From Elainellaceae cyanobacterium (GTDB lineage: Bacteria; Cyanobacteriota; Cyanobacteriia; CAZCXK01): a stretch of 64,000 bases of DNA. The stretch lies in assembly GCA_051117555.1 (NCBI GenBank), contig JBNPEG010000051.1, forward strand, positions 1 to 64,000, read 5' to 3'. Numbering within the stretch: position 1 is the first letter of the stretch; the number at the start of each line of letters is the position of its first letter. The notes below the pieces were generated by a model. It worked only from the letters and a program-made list of their open reading frames with translations. It ran no database searches and had not been told where the DNA came from. Positions 29,896 through 39,599 of the stretch are shown here, in pieces. The translations under genes and the position numbers were made by a program.

Positions 29896-32712
29896 GTGTC
29901 TAGGATGAATCCAGAAAATGTAGCAGATTTTCTGCGTCGATATGGTGTGTCGGGGATATTCTTTATCCTGGCAGCCATTAATTTGATTAGCTATGTAGAT
30001 AATGACAGTGGCAATGGCTTAGCACTTGCTATTCTTTTTGTTTGTTTGGGAACGCTGGCCGCGATTTTCTCAGATTTTCTCAAAGCGATTCTAGACGGTG
30101 TTTTAGATGCGTTTAAGCAGCCCATTACCGACTGGCTCATCAGCCGAATTGAAATCGGTTGGTGGGGCGTCACGGCTCGCTTTCAAAGCCGATATTATCA
30201 GCATCTGATTACGGCTTGTCAGGGCTATCGTCCTCAAGGATTGACGCTGCAAGGTCCGACGTTAGCGCTCGATAAAATTTTTGTGCCGCTCGGCGTCGCA
30301 ACTCAGGTAGCAGAGCAGGCATCGTCTGCGATGATTCAGCCGACGCGCACGGCTCATCAATCGACCATTTGGGATTTTTTGGCGCGTAGTGCAGATCAGC
30401 AGTCATATCGACGAATTGCCGTCATTGGACCCCCTGGCTCGGGGAAAACGACCCTTCTCGTTCACCTGGCGTTAACGTATGCCAAGAATGCCCAGCGTCG
30501 CCAGCATCGTCAGGCTCCTCGGTTGGTTCCAATTTTGCTTTCGTTGAGAGATGTGCGAGAGGCAATCGCGCGCGATCGCCCCAGTCTTGCTGCGCTCATC
30601 AAACAGCAGCCGGCAATTCGTCAACTCAATCCCAAGCAGCGCTGGTTTGAAACCCGACTCACCCAGGGAAAATGTCTGGTGATGCTGGATGGCTTGGATG
30701 AGGTTGCCAACGAAACTCAGCGCCAGCAAATTAGCGCCTGGGTTGATCAGCAAATGCGGAACTATCCGACGAGCTGCTTTATTCTGACGTCTCGTCCGGC
30801 TGGATATCGCAATGCGTCTCTCACCGAAGAAGGGATTGCGCTAGAGTCGCAGCCCTTTACGCTAGAGCAAATGCAGCAGTTTATTCGGAATTGGTACGTG
30901 CAGACTGAGCTGATTAGTCGCCCGGTGCAGCGTGCTCGCGATCGCCGCCGCTTACGGCGAGAGGCGCTTGCAAAAGCGAACAATCTCATCGAACGCATCG
31001 AAACCAATTCCCCGCTGTCGGCAATGGCGTTTAACCCGTTATTGTTGACCATGATTGCAACGGTGCATCGATTTCGCGGGGCGTTGCCGGGGCATCGGGT
31101 CGAGCTTTACGCGGAAATTTGTGATGTGCTGTTGGGTAAACGTCAAACCGCCAAACGACTTCCGCTGTCGTTGACTATTGCTCAGAAGCGATCGGTGCTG
31201 CAAGCGTTGGCGTTAAAGCTGATGGAGCGCAACACCCGTGAATTTGACGCAGAGTTAGGCACGACGCTGATTGGCAAAGACCTCAAGGAAACCGTTGGTG
31301 ACGATCTACCGCCTGCCGAGTTTTTGCGAGATATCGAACTCGACAGCGGATTGCTGGTTCAGAAGGAACAAGGCATTTATGAGTTTGCTCACTTGAGTTT
31401 TCAAGAATACTTGGCATCGGTGCAGGTCAGTGTCCAGCAGCAAGAGCACCTGCTGGTCGAACAAATCGATAACTCCTGGTGGACTGAAACCATTCGTCTA
31501 TATGCCGTTCAAGTGCGTGATGCAACGTCGATTGTGCAAGCTGCGCTGGATGCTGCCCGTGAAGGGTCTGAAGAGTCCGCGATCACCACGCTAACGCTTG
31601 CCCACGGGTGCATTCAAGAAGAGGCAACGGTTGATGAGCGGGTCAAAGCATCATTGCGGAGCATGATTGAAGATCAGCTTAAATCGAGCGATCGCTCATT
31701 ATTCAAACTCGCAGCCGAGGTCAAGCTATCTGGGCGATTTAATAATCTGCGTTCCATTGCGGCAGATGTTTACATTGATTCAGACTACATCACCCATGCT
31801 GAGTATCAGCTATTTCTAGACGATCAGCAGCGCTTAGGTCGCTACTATCGTCCTGATCACTGGACGCTGTTTCGGTTTACGCCCGCGGCTGCCCCAGCGC
31901 CAATCGTGGGAGTTCGAGCAGAAGATGCTCACGCCTTTTGCCACTGGCTGACTCAGCGTCGTACGTCATTAGGGTTTCGGTATCGACTGCCGATGGATTA
32001 TGAAGCCATCCAGTATCCCAGCCACGATCGCCCCAGCTCTGGTCAATCCGTTGGCTATTGGTGTATCACTCGCAATCGCCTGGTTTTGCAGGGCATTCGT
32101 CCAGATCCGTGGCGGCAGTGGCACGATGAGTTACTCCCGAAGGTGCGAGACGCCTTAGAGCGCGATCGCCTCGTGGCTGAAAATCTAGTTCCCCCTGCCG
32201 TTACCTCATTGACGTTGAATGACACGCATCCAGTCCGCCTGACACTCGATGCGACTCTAGATCTCAGCCGTGCGCTTCAGAAAATTGCAGACCCGAAGCT
32301 GACTCGCGCCTTTGCCCTGATTCGCAATTTAGGACAGCATCGGACAACGGATGATATTCGAGCACTGAATCGTGCCATTATCCAGGCTCGTAATGCCCTA
32401 CCCAAGCGCGATCGCCTCCTAAACCGCCAGTATAATCAAGATCGAGATTTGATAGACGTTCGAGCGTATTTGTTGCTCATTATCATTCTCTGGGAACGTC
32501 TGGGCGATCGCTACGGTAGCGTTACCCATAGGCGGCAGCACCGCCATTTCATGAGATTTTTGGCGCAGCGGGATGAGACCATTCAGCGAGAGTGCATCCA
32601 AAATCGCGACGAGACGCTCAACCTCTATGCCTTTTTTGTCTTGGTTGACGCGCGACGAAGCGGTCAGATGCCAGCGTGGGAAAGCATTCGGATTGTGCAG
32701 ATTGCTGGATAG
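29896..32712 (+). CDS. Membrane-anchored NACHT (STAND) NTPase with FGE-sulfatase-like segment
   Basis: N-terminal TM helices; Walker A GPPGSGKT; Walker B LVMLDGLDE; ILTSR; NPLLL; FAHLSFQEY; ITHAEYQLF..PIVGV..DAHAFCHWL..YRLP. Confidence 0.85.
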   Translation: MSRMNPENVADFLRRYGVSGIFFILAAINLISYVDNDSGNGLALAILFVCLGTLAAIFSDFLKAILDGVLDAFKQPITDWLISRIEIGWWGVTARFQSRYYQHLITACQGYRPQGLTLQGPTLALDKIFVPLGVATQVAEQASSAMIQPTRTAHQSTIWDFLARSADQQSYRRIAVIGPPGSGKTTLLVHLALTYAKNAQRRQHRQAPRLVPILLSLRDVREAIARDRPSLAALIKQQPAIRQLNPKQRWFETRLTQGKCLVMLDGLDEVANETQRQQISAWVDQQMRNYPTSCFILTSRPAGYRNASLTEEGIALESQPFTLEQMQQFIRNWYVQTELISRPVQRARDRRRLRREALAKANNLIERIETNSPLSAMAFNPLLLTMIATVHRFRGALPGHRVELYAEICDVLLGKRQTAKRLPLSLTIAQKRSVLQALALKLMERNTREFDAELGTTLIGKDLKETVGDDLPPAEFLRDIELDSGLLVQKEQGIYEFAHLSFQEYLASVQVSVQQQEHLLVEQIDNSWWTETIRLYAVQVRDATSIVQAALDAAREGSEESAITTLTLAHGCIQEEATVDERVKASLRSMIEDQLKSSDRSLFKLAAEVKLSGRFNNLRSIAADVYIDSDYITHAEYQLFLDDQQRLGRYYRPDHWTLFRFTPAAAPAPIVGVRAEDAHAFCHWLTQRRTSLGFRYRLPMDYEAIQYPSHDRPSSGQSVGYWCITRNRLVLQGIRPDPWRQWHDELLPKVRDALERDRLVAENLVPPAVTSLTLNDTHPVRLTLDATLDLSRALQKIADPKLTRAFALIRNLGQHRTTDDIRALNRAIIQARNALPKRDRLLNRQYNQDRDLIDVRAYLLLIIILWERLGDRYGSVTHRRQHRHFMRFLAQRDETIQRECIQNRDETLNLYAFFVLVDARRSGQMPAWESIRIVQIAG

Positions 32713-32719
32713 ACAAGCA

Positions 32720-33865
32720 CTACCCGCGCACGCGTGCCTGCTCGCTCAATGCCTTATAAGCAGCCGTAATCATCTTCATCCGGCGTTCAGCAAGAATGCG
32801 GAATTCTGGAGCTAGTCCAACGACTTTATCGGGATGATTCATTCGAGCCAGACCATGATAGGCTGCTCGAATTTCAGACAGCGTCGCGTCAGGCTGAATC
32901 CCTAGCACCTCATGAGCAGGCTTGAAGCGATGAGTCGGTTGGGGAACAGGACTGCTATGGGTTGACGAAATTGGGTCGTCGGCAGCACGGGGGGATAGCC
33001 ATTCTTGTACGCTCTGAAACAGCTCAGCAAACTGTTCAGCAACCAGCACGTTTGACACATGCAGTTTCATGCTGATGCCGATACTTGCTAAAAGGGTGAG
33101 CAAACCATATTCAACCTGAACTAGCTTAGAATTGGCGTTTAATCGGGGATCTGGAGACCCGTCATTCCGCAAATGTTGCCAGGTTTGCCCGGTCAAGCTT
33201 GCATCTTTTGGAACAGATCCTCGTAGATTAATTCTTTCTCGCTCAAAACGAATCGTCAGCGCGCTGTAAGAAATAGCTGTGTAGAGCTTACGTCGCCACA
33301 GGAGAATGTAGTCAGGAAAGAAGAAAAGAGCGACATCCCCGATATGGATGCTCCAAATGGTTAGATTGGTCGCAATCAGAGGCGGGGCGGAGCAAACAAC
33401 CCTCACAGGGGAGGCATCAAAGTTAACAGAATGGCTGGCGCCCGCATTTTTGTGTCGATCTTGAACCATCTGCCGGGTTTCTTCCAGCCAGATTTTTTCT
33501 GAATTTGCCAAGATGCGACAGGCTCGCTGCACGGCTGCAAAGCGCGTCTTCATATCGGTATCAAGGCTGTAGTTGAGGGTGGTGACTTGATGCTGTTGGC
33601 GATCGCGCTCCATAAGCAACCAAGTCGATACTCCGGCGATTAAGATGATGCCTGCCACCCAGATCGGAGCGATCGCAAACACAATGAGCGAAAGCAGAGG
33701 AGTGCTCCCTAAAACCACTTTGGTATGTCCTGACCGCTGAGTCCGGGCATTGATCTGTGCAACAATTTCTCCGATTGGAGGTCGAGGGACATTGGCATAG
33801 CCGTTGCCCAGCTTGATATCGAAGCGCATAGCTCGCCTAATGGTATTTATGATCTCTGCAAGCAC
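32720..33865 (-). CDS. Membrane protein with C-terminal DnaJ (J) domain
   Basis: Two TM helices; HEVLGI...IRAAYHGLARMNHPDKV...MKMITAAYKAL with intact HPD. Confidence 0.85.
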   Translation of the reverse strand: MLAEIINTIRRAMRFDIKLGNGYANVPRPPIGEIVAQINARTQRSGHTKVVLGSTPLLSLIVFAIAPIWVAGIILIAGVSTWLLMERDRQQHQVTTLNYSLDTDMKTRFAAVQRACRILANSEKIWLEETRQMVQDRHKNAGASHSVNFDASPVRVVCSAPPLIATNLTIWSIHIGDVALFFFPDYILLWRRKLYTAISYSALTIRFERERINLRGSVPKDASLTGQTWQHLRNDGSPDPRLNANSKLVQVEYGLLTLLASIGISMKLHVSNVLVAEQFAELFQSVQEWLSPRAADDPISSTHSSPVPQPTHRFKPAHEVLGIQPDATLSEIRAAYHGLARMNHPDKVVGLAPEFRILAERRMKMITAAYKALSEQARVRG

Positions 33866-34084
33866 ACTCAGCCATCTTAAAGGTATGCCAGAAGATATGC
33901 GTGGCAGTTTAGCCTATTGCCTAAATACGGCGTATGGTAGCAGCAGCCCGGATATGATTGGACAAATTTCTGAAGACTATTGGACGTCAGATTTTGGAAG
34001 ATGTGATACACCCGCGTACGGCTCAAAAAGACCCACAACTTGTGATTTAAGTTCCTCTCTTCAGAAAATCATAGCAAGACATTC

Positions 34085-36406
34085 TTAATAGTCTGCGTCA
34101 GCCTCAGATGGCAATAACACCGTCGCTCGCAAAAACTTGAGACCGTTCACATCTTGAATGGGCTCGATAGTGCCAGATTCAATGTGGCTGGCAATCCATC
34201 CTTCTCGAATGAGATATCGCAGATATTCCTGATACTCATTGAGTTCTTGCTCAGTCGAATAGACAATCGTTAATTTCCCTGGCTGCGTAATCCGGGTTTG
34301 GTGGTGATCGTCAATGGCTTTATCAATGCGCTTTTTGACGATTTCATAGCGACTATCGCGGGTGCCTCGCACATCAAATAATCGATCCGTTTCTTCGTCG
34401 TGGAAAATATCAACCGTTGTATCTTGCACCAAGATAAGATGAGACACCTGCAGGGTGACATCAGACTGTGCTAACAGGAGTGCCGAGCGGGCACAATCAC
34501 AGACGGCGCGGAGTTGCTCATATCGGAGGCTTTTGAGACAGAACGGAGAAAATTGCGGATAAATCGATGCTCCGACATACATCATGTGATCGATGCCATC
34601 GGTGACTTCGATATCGCAGTAGTGTGGAATGATGGCCTGCATCCGCTCTTGCCAGCGCTCCCAAGTCTGTCTTAGGGTGCTGTTGATTCGAGCCAGCATG
34701 GCATCATAGCGAGCCCGCGCATTATAAACACAGCCCAGCTCAGGATTACAAGCAGACTGATAGGCATCAATGGCCGCTTTAGCAGCGGGGCTGTATTGGG
34801 CAAAGTGGTCAAAGTAGACCTCCAGGCGATCGCTCAAATAACGAATTCCGGTAATCTCGGCATCAACGGTCACCCCCTGCTGGAGACGATGCAGATGGTC
34901 GAGCATGTCGAGGTGAATTTGGTGAGTCAACTCACTGGTATCGTCTTCACAAACTGCTTCGATAACAGCTAACCCCAACCGAAATTGCGTTAATAAATCT
35001 GCTTGAATAGCACGATTGCGTTCTGCTGACGAACCCCGGATATCGGAAATGCCATATAGCGGATACACCTCGTCAAAGACAATAGCTTCGGGAGGTAACC
35101 CCCAATTTCGGCGTTCGGCTTCTTTAACAAATCGCCATTCGACGGCTGGGTGAATATTGTGGAGCAATCGTCGTTGACGAAGTTGCCGCAGGGCTGCGGT
35201 CAATGTCATCGCAAAGACTGGAATCAACTGCTCAGCGTGGCAACAGTTGAGACCATCAAACTGGTAGGGCTGATTGCTGATTAGACAAACGACCCCAATC
35301 GGCTGTTGAGCATCGTGTCTCGATTCGCGGGCATGGGTCATCAGGGGCATCAGCAGGAGCGATCGCACGCCGAGCGTGAGCAGTCGATGTCCGATGTCGG
35401 TGTGGCAGTCTTGGGCAAGGTCAGGCACCGTGAGAATCTGGTTGGTGGCGATCGCCCTCATCAGGTGAGACTGCTGTAGGGACTGAAACGAATAGTCTCC
35501 AATGTCCAAATCTTCGCTCACTGACCCAGCAAACAGCCGAACTTGTTCACCATCGACGCTGACGATGACCGTATTGTCTGCCCCAAAAAGCTGACGCATT
35601 TCATCATTGATCCGCTCAAATTGGCGAGGCTTCAGAATCGAATTTTGCTCAATCAGCAGTTGCGTAATCCGGCGGATGCTCTCCTGATCGGTGACATCGA
35701 CGCCTTCAAGCAGCAAAAAACCATCGGTGCAATAGTTTGAGAAATCAATCCGCGTGATCATGTCGTCAATACATGCCGGACGAGTCAGATGAATCTGCAC
35801 CTCTTGGTCAGATAGAGTCTGCAAGCCGAGTTCTGCAAATTCATCTCGTTGAGCATCCACGCAGGTTACCTGCAACCGATCTGAGCGCAGCCAGCATCGA
35901 ATATATCGGACGTTTCGATAGAGTGGACTCTCAATCGTCAGCAGGATGGGTTCGGTGAGCACGCGACAGACAGATGGCTCAATCTGATAGCGATCGCGCA
36001 GGACGCGATACAAAATTTGTTGGTGATATAGCCGTTGAATCGCGTCAAAATCACGGCTCGACACCACAGACCGCAGCGGTACACACGGGGCACTCCTGTC
36101 ATCGAGGGCGATCGCCGAGTAGGAATCATCGTGAGGAGGCAAGCCCGTTAGCAAGCAAAAAGGATCATTGGCTGTCACAATGCCCAGCGTGTTGGGTGTA
36201 ATCACGGCTGCAAGCATGTGGCTACACTGCTGAACAGCATTGAGCCAGCTCCATGAGAGCATTCGAGGCGATGAGCGAGACCGACCCACATCAGCCGAGT
36301 CAGATTGGGGAGACGCCTGCAAGGCAGGGCGATCGCCAGAGGCGGGATTAGAATCAGGACGATTGTCAGGATTAAACATCAGCTGGGTAGGCTGCATAGG
36401 TCGCAT
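34085..36406 (-). CDS. GAF domain-containing protein
   Basis: Central GAF-like segment (VPDLAQD..LGVRSLLLMPL..PIGVVCL); C-terminal region IHPAVEWRF, YPLYGISDIRGSS, RYEIVKKRIDKA. Confidence 0.75.
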   Translation of the reverse strand: MRPMQPTQLMFNPDNRPDSNPASGDRPALQASPQSDSADVGRSRSSPRMLSWSWLNAVQQCSHMLAAVITPNTLGIVTANDPFCLLTGLPPHDDSYSAIALDDRSAPCVPLRSVVSSRDFDAIQRLYHQQILYRVLRDRYQIEPSVCRVLTEPILLTIESPLYRNVRYIRCWLRSDRLQVTCVDAQRDEFAELGLQTLSDQEVQIHLTRPACIDDMITRIDFSNYCTDGFLLLEGVDVTDQESIRRITQLLIEQNSILKPRQFERINDEMRQLFGADNTVIVSVDGEQVRLFAGSVSEDLDIGDYSFQSLQQSHLMRAIATNQILTVPDLAQDCHTDIGHRLLTLGVRSLLLMPLMTHARESRHDAQQPIGVVCLISNQPYQFDGLNCCHAEQLIPVFAMTLTAALRQLRQRRLLHNIHPAVEWRFVKEAERRNWGLPPEAIVFDEVYPLYGISDIRGSSAERNRAIQADLLTQFRLGLAVIEAVCEDDTSELTHQIHLDMLDHLHRLQQGVTVDAEITGIRYLSDRLEVYFDHFAQYSPAAKAAIDAYQSACNPELGCVYNARARYDAMLARINSTLRQTWERWQERMQAIIPHYCDIEVTDGIDHMMYVGASIYPQFSPFCLKSLRYEQLRAVCDCARSALLLAQSDVTLQVSHLILVQDTTVDIFHDEETDRLFDVRGTRDSRYEIVKKRIDKAIDDHHQTRITQPGKLTIVYSTEQELNEYQEYLRYLIREGWIASHIESGTIEPIQDVNGLKFLRATVLLPSEADADY

Positions 36407-36568
36407 GGAAGGAGGAGATGGAGTTGACTATTTCCATTTCATCCTGGCTTGGCGAGGAGTGCCACCCCTCAAACAGGTCGAATCGTCTGGTAAATACTGA
36501 TTTCAAGGAATTTTTGATGGGTTGACCGGACCGATTGATGATTTTATAAGTGTCTCTTCTGATGTCGG

Positions 36569-36883
36569 GTAAGAATGTCCCGGCTTTAGACGGGGATAGT
36601 CTAGCGTCAGATGGGAACGTTCTCGCGTTGGGTAAGGATGCTCCGGTGTTGAATGGGAATGCTCTGGCTTGAAGTGAGGCTGTTCTCGTTCTATGTGAGG
36701 CTGTTCTCGTTCTATGTGAGGCTGTTTTCGTTCTATGTGAGGCTGTTCTCGTTCTATGTGAGGCTGTTTTCGTTCTATGTGAGGCTGACCCGGTTTTAAG
36801 TGAGGCTGACCTGGTTTTAAGTGAGGCTGACCTGGCTTGAAGTGAGAATTATCGTGTTCTATGTGAGGACAGTCTCACTGGGA
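36569..36883. repeat. 21-bp (3x7) tandem repeat array
   Basis: gtgaggctgtt(c/t)tcgttctat x5 from 36674, gtgaggctgacc(c/t)ggttttaa-type x3, with degenerate units on both sides. Confidence 0.9.
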
Positions 36884-37194
36884 ACATGTCACCTTTGCAG
36901 ATTTGCCCTCATCCCCCAACCCCTGCTTCGCGCGCCCTACGGTCTACTTCCAAGCAGGCAGAAGGGGTGCTCGCTGTGCAAGAACGGGGTCGTTTTGTGT
37001 GAGCACGATGTCCTTATGAATCGATGGGGAAATATTGGCTACCTTGTCTCGATGATGCCTGCCAGCGCGACGCGGTTAACCACTCAACACCCCATTGGGG
37101 GCGATCGCCTTGCATATCGCTTCACCCCCTCATTACGATTAAGAAGCACACCAGACCGATTCTTGGCCTACCAAATCCCAAACCACCGACCTCT

Positions 37195-37413
37195 ATGGCA
37201 GACTATCAACGCATCGAGTATCGCATCACCTCAGATGGCACTGTGACTGAAACGGTGCTGAATGCGACGGGCGCAAGCTGTACAACAACGACATCTGGCA
37301 TTGAGCACGCCTTGGGTGAGCTTGAATCTCAAGAGCATTTGCCCAGCTATTACGAGGGAGATGAACTGCTTTTAGACGATGTCTCCCCATCGTTGAAGAA
37401 TCAGCAAACCTAG
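37195..37413 (+). CDS. DUF2997-like small protein
   Basis: MADYQRIEYRITSDGTVTETVLNATGASCTTTTSGIEHALG...PSYY; start moved to ATG 37195. Confidence 0.75.
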   Translation: MADYQRIEYRITSDGTVTETVLNATGASCTTTTSGIEHALGELESQEHLPSYYEGDELLLDDVSPSLKNQQT

Positions 37414-37425
37414 GAGGGAGCCATC

Positions 37426-37956
37426 GTGCACAGTGACTTAGCCGGATTTGGATGGGTGATTTCCATCGGCGGTATTCTGGTGGCGCTGAGTGCATTGGGG
37501 CGCAGGCGTCAATCGTCTCCTCCGTCCGTTTCTGTGTCTGTCTCTCTGGATGAATATGCGGCCCTTCATGACCAGTGTTTGCGATTAAGAACCGAACTCG
37601 AACGCCAAAAAAATTTCATCTGTGATGACATGCGAGATGCCACGTTTGACCAGTTGCAGTCGCTATTGGTGAGCTATCCAACCGTCCGTAAACTGGTTCA
37701 AGATAATCCTGACCTGCCTGCTAAAAACGTGACAGCTCTGTTTACACCGTTAGAAAATGTTGTGAGAACGTGGGGCTATGATCCAATCGGAACGCCGTGG
37801 GAGCAAGTTGCCTATGATCCTCAACTGCATCACGCTGATGCGGATGATGTTGAGGTAGGTGAGCCAGTGTACGTTCGGTTTGTAGGCTATCGTCAGGGCG
37901 ATCGCATCGTGTGTCCTGCTAAGGTCAGCCGCACTCTACCGCACATGACGACATGA
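37426..37956 (+). CDS. GrpE-like protein with N-terminal TM helix
   Basis: TM helix, helical segment, then GrpE-like beta domain YDPQLHH...VGYRQGDRIVCPAKV; AGGAGG SD. Confidence 0.7.
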   Translation: MHSDLAGFGWVISIGGILVALSALGRRRQSSPPSVSVSVSLDEYAALHDQCLRLRTELERQKNFICDDMRDATFDQLQSLLVSYPTVRKLVQDNPDLPAKNVTALFTPLENVVRTWGYDPIGTPWEQVAYDPQLHHADADDVEVGEPVYVRFVGYRQGDRIVCPAKVSRTLPHMTT

Positions 37957-37969
37957 ATGGGGCGTTGAC

Positions 37970-39550
37970 ATGACCAATCTGCCAATCGCCATCGATTTTG
38001 GCACCAGCAACACGGTTGTTAGCATCCTTGAGCCTGACACCCAGACTGCTAAGACGCTGAGATTTCCAGGACTGTCGCGGGTATTTCGCCTAACCGCAGC
38101 CAACGGAGAGCCGCAAACGATTCCGGTGGTGCCGTCTTTAGTTGTGGTGAAAGAACCAAATCACCTGGTATTTGGAGAGCAGGTGCGATCGCAGCGATTG
38201 GAGTTCTCACACCCCAACCGGCTGTTTAAACACTTCAAACGCGATCTAGCCGCTGATTTTCAACCCCCGCCGCGATCGCTTGACGGGCAGATCTATAGTG
38301 CTGAGGCCATTTCAGAGCAGTTTATTCACCATATTTGGGCACAGTTGAAACCCCTTGGCATTACTCCGTCAGCGGTGACGTTTACGGTTCCAGTGGGGGC
38401 ATTTGAGCGATATCTTGACTGGTTTCGAGACATTGCCGCCTCATTGGATATTTCAACGGTTCATCTAGTGGATGAATCGACCGCAGCAGCGCTGGGCTAT
38501 GCGGTTCAGCATCCCGGATCGATAGTGCTCGTGATTGATTTTGGAGGCGGCACGCTCGATTTAAGTCTAGTTCGCACGGCTGTCACGCCAGGGGCGACCG
38601 TCCAGCGGGCAACCGTTTTAGCAAAGGCCGATGCCTACATAGGCGGCGAAGATTTAGACATCTGGATTGTGGAAGACTATTTGCTCCAGCAGCAACTGTC
38701 CCGAGAGGACATCGGTGAGATTGGCTGGCAAACGCTGTTAGCACTCGCCGAACGGCTCAAGATTCGGGTGTCGAGCGTGACTGAGGCAGCCGAAAGCTGG
38801 TTTGATGACAACACGCTTACAGCCTATGAGATGCGCCTGACCCGCGATCGCCTCGACGATATTCTGGAAGCCAATCAGTGTTTAGAGCAGTTTCGACACG
38901 CGCTCGATGATGTGTTGGCGATCGCCCTAGGGAAAGGCATCAGTAAAACCGATATCGAACAGGTGCTGTTGGTTGGAGGGAGTTGCCTTATTCCCGCTGT
39001 GCAGCAGCTTGTGCTCTCGTACTTTGGGCGGCAACGAGTCAAGGTTGACAAACCCTTTGAGGCCGTGGCGCATGGTGCTCTAGCGTTGAGTCAGCTTCAG
39101 ACGATTGACGACTATCTGCATCACAGTTACGCAATTCGTCTCTGGGAACCGTATGCAAAAACCTATTCCTACTATCCATTATTTGAGCGGGGCACCCAGT
39201 ATCCTGCAATTCGGCTAGAGCCGCTGATTCTGCAAGCTGCTATCGACGGTCAGCACGACATTCGCCTAGACATTGGAGAAGTCGCAGAATCGTCTCATGC
39301 CGAAGTTGCCTACGACGCTCAAGGGCGGATGATGAGCCGTACCCTCCATCGACGCGAATCCTATCGTTCTCTCAACACCGACAGAAATGAAGTCTGTGTG
39401 GCGCACCTAGCCCCACCTGGGCAAATCGGCGTCGACCGCATCTCTGTTCAGTTTGAAGTCAACGATCAGCGAGTGTTGGTGGCCACGGTAAAAGATTTGC
39501 TCACTGGAACAGTGTTGGTCGAGCAAGGGGCGATCGCCACGCTCAGCTAA
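37970..39550 (+). CDS. Atypical Hsp70 family protein
   Basis: AIDFGTSNT, DESTAAALGY, DFGGGTLDLS, LLVGGSCLIP; short C-terminus without helical lid. Confidence 0.88.
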   Translation: MTNLPIAIDFGTSNTVVSILEPDTQTAKTLRFPGLSRVFRLTAANGEPQTIPVVPSLVVVKEPNHLVFGEQVRSQRLEFSHPNRLFKHFKRDLAADFQPPPRSLDGQIYSAEAISEQFIHHIWAQLKPLGITPSAVTFTVPVGAFERYLDWFRDIAASLDISTVHLVDESTAAALGYAVQHPGSIVLVIDFGGGTLDLSLVRTAVTPGATVQRATVLAKADAYIGGEDLDIWIVEDYLLQQQLSREDIGEIGWQTLLALAERLKIRVSSVTEAAESWFDDNTLTAYEMRLTRDRLDDILEANQCLEQFRHALDDVLAIALGKGISKTDIEQVLLVGGSCLIPAVQQLVLSYFGRQRVKVDKPFEAVAHGALALSQLQTIDDYLHHSYAIRLWEPYAKTYSYYPLFERGTQYPAIRLEPLILQAAIDGQHDIRLDIGEVAESSHAEVAYDAQGRMMSRTLHRRESYRSLNTDRNEVCVAHLAPPGQIGVDRISVQFEVNDQRVLVATVKDLLTGTVLVEQGAIATLS

Positions 39551-39599
39551 TCAAGCCCCCACGAATCGATATGCTCCACCAATCAAGACGCTCAACCCC

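Noticed and set aside
36674..36883. CRISPR array
   Set aside because: The units are directly adjacent 21-mers with no unique spacers, and no cas genes are in the window
36821..37246. 141-aa ORF and the 5' extension of the 37024 ORF
   Set aside because: It starts inside the tandem repeat with no recognisable motifs; DUF2997-like similarity begins only at ATG 37195
29896..39550. Prophage or integrative element
   Set aside because: There is no integrase, tRNA attachment site or phage gene, and HIP1 sites are frequent as in the rest of the window
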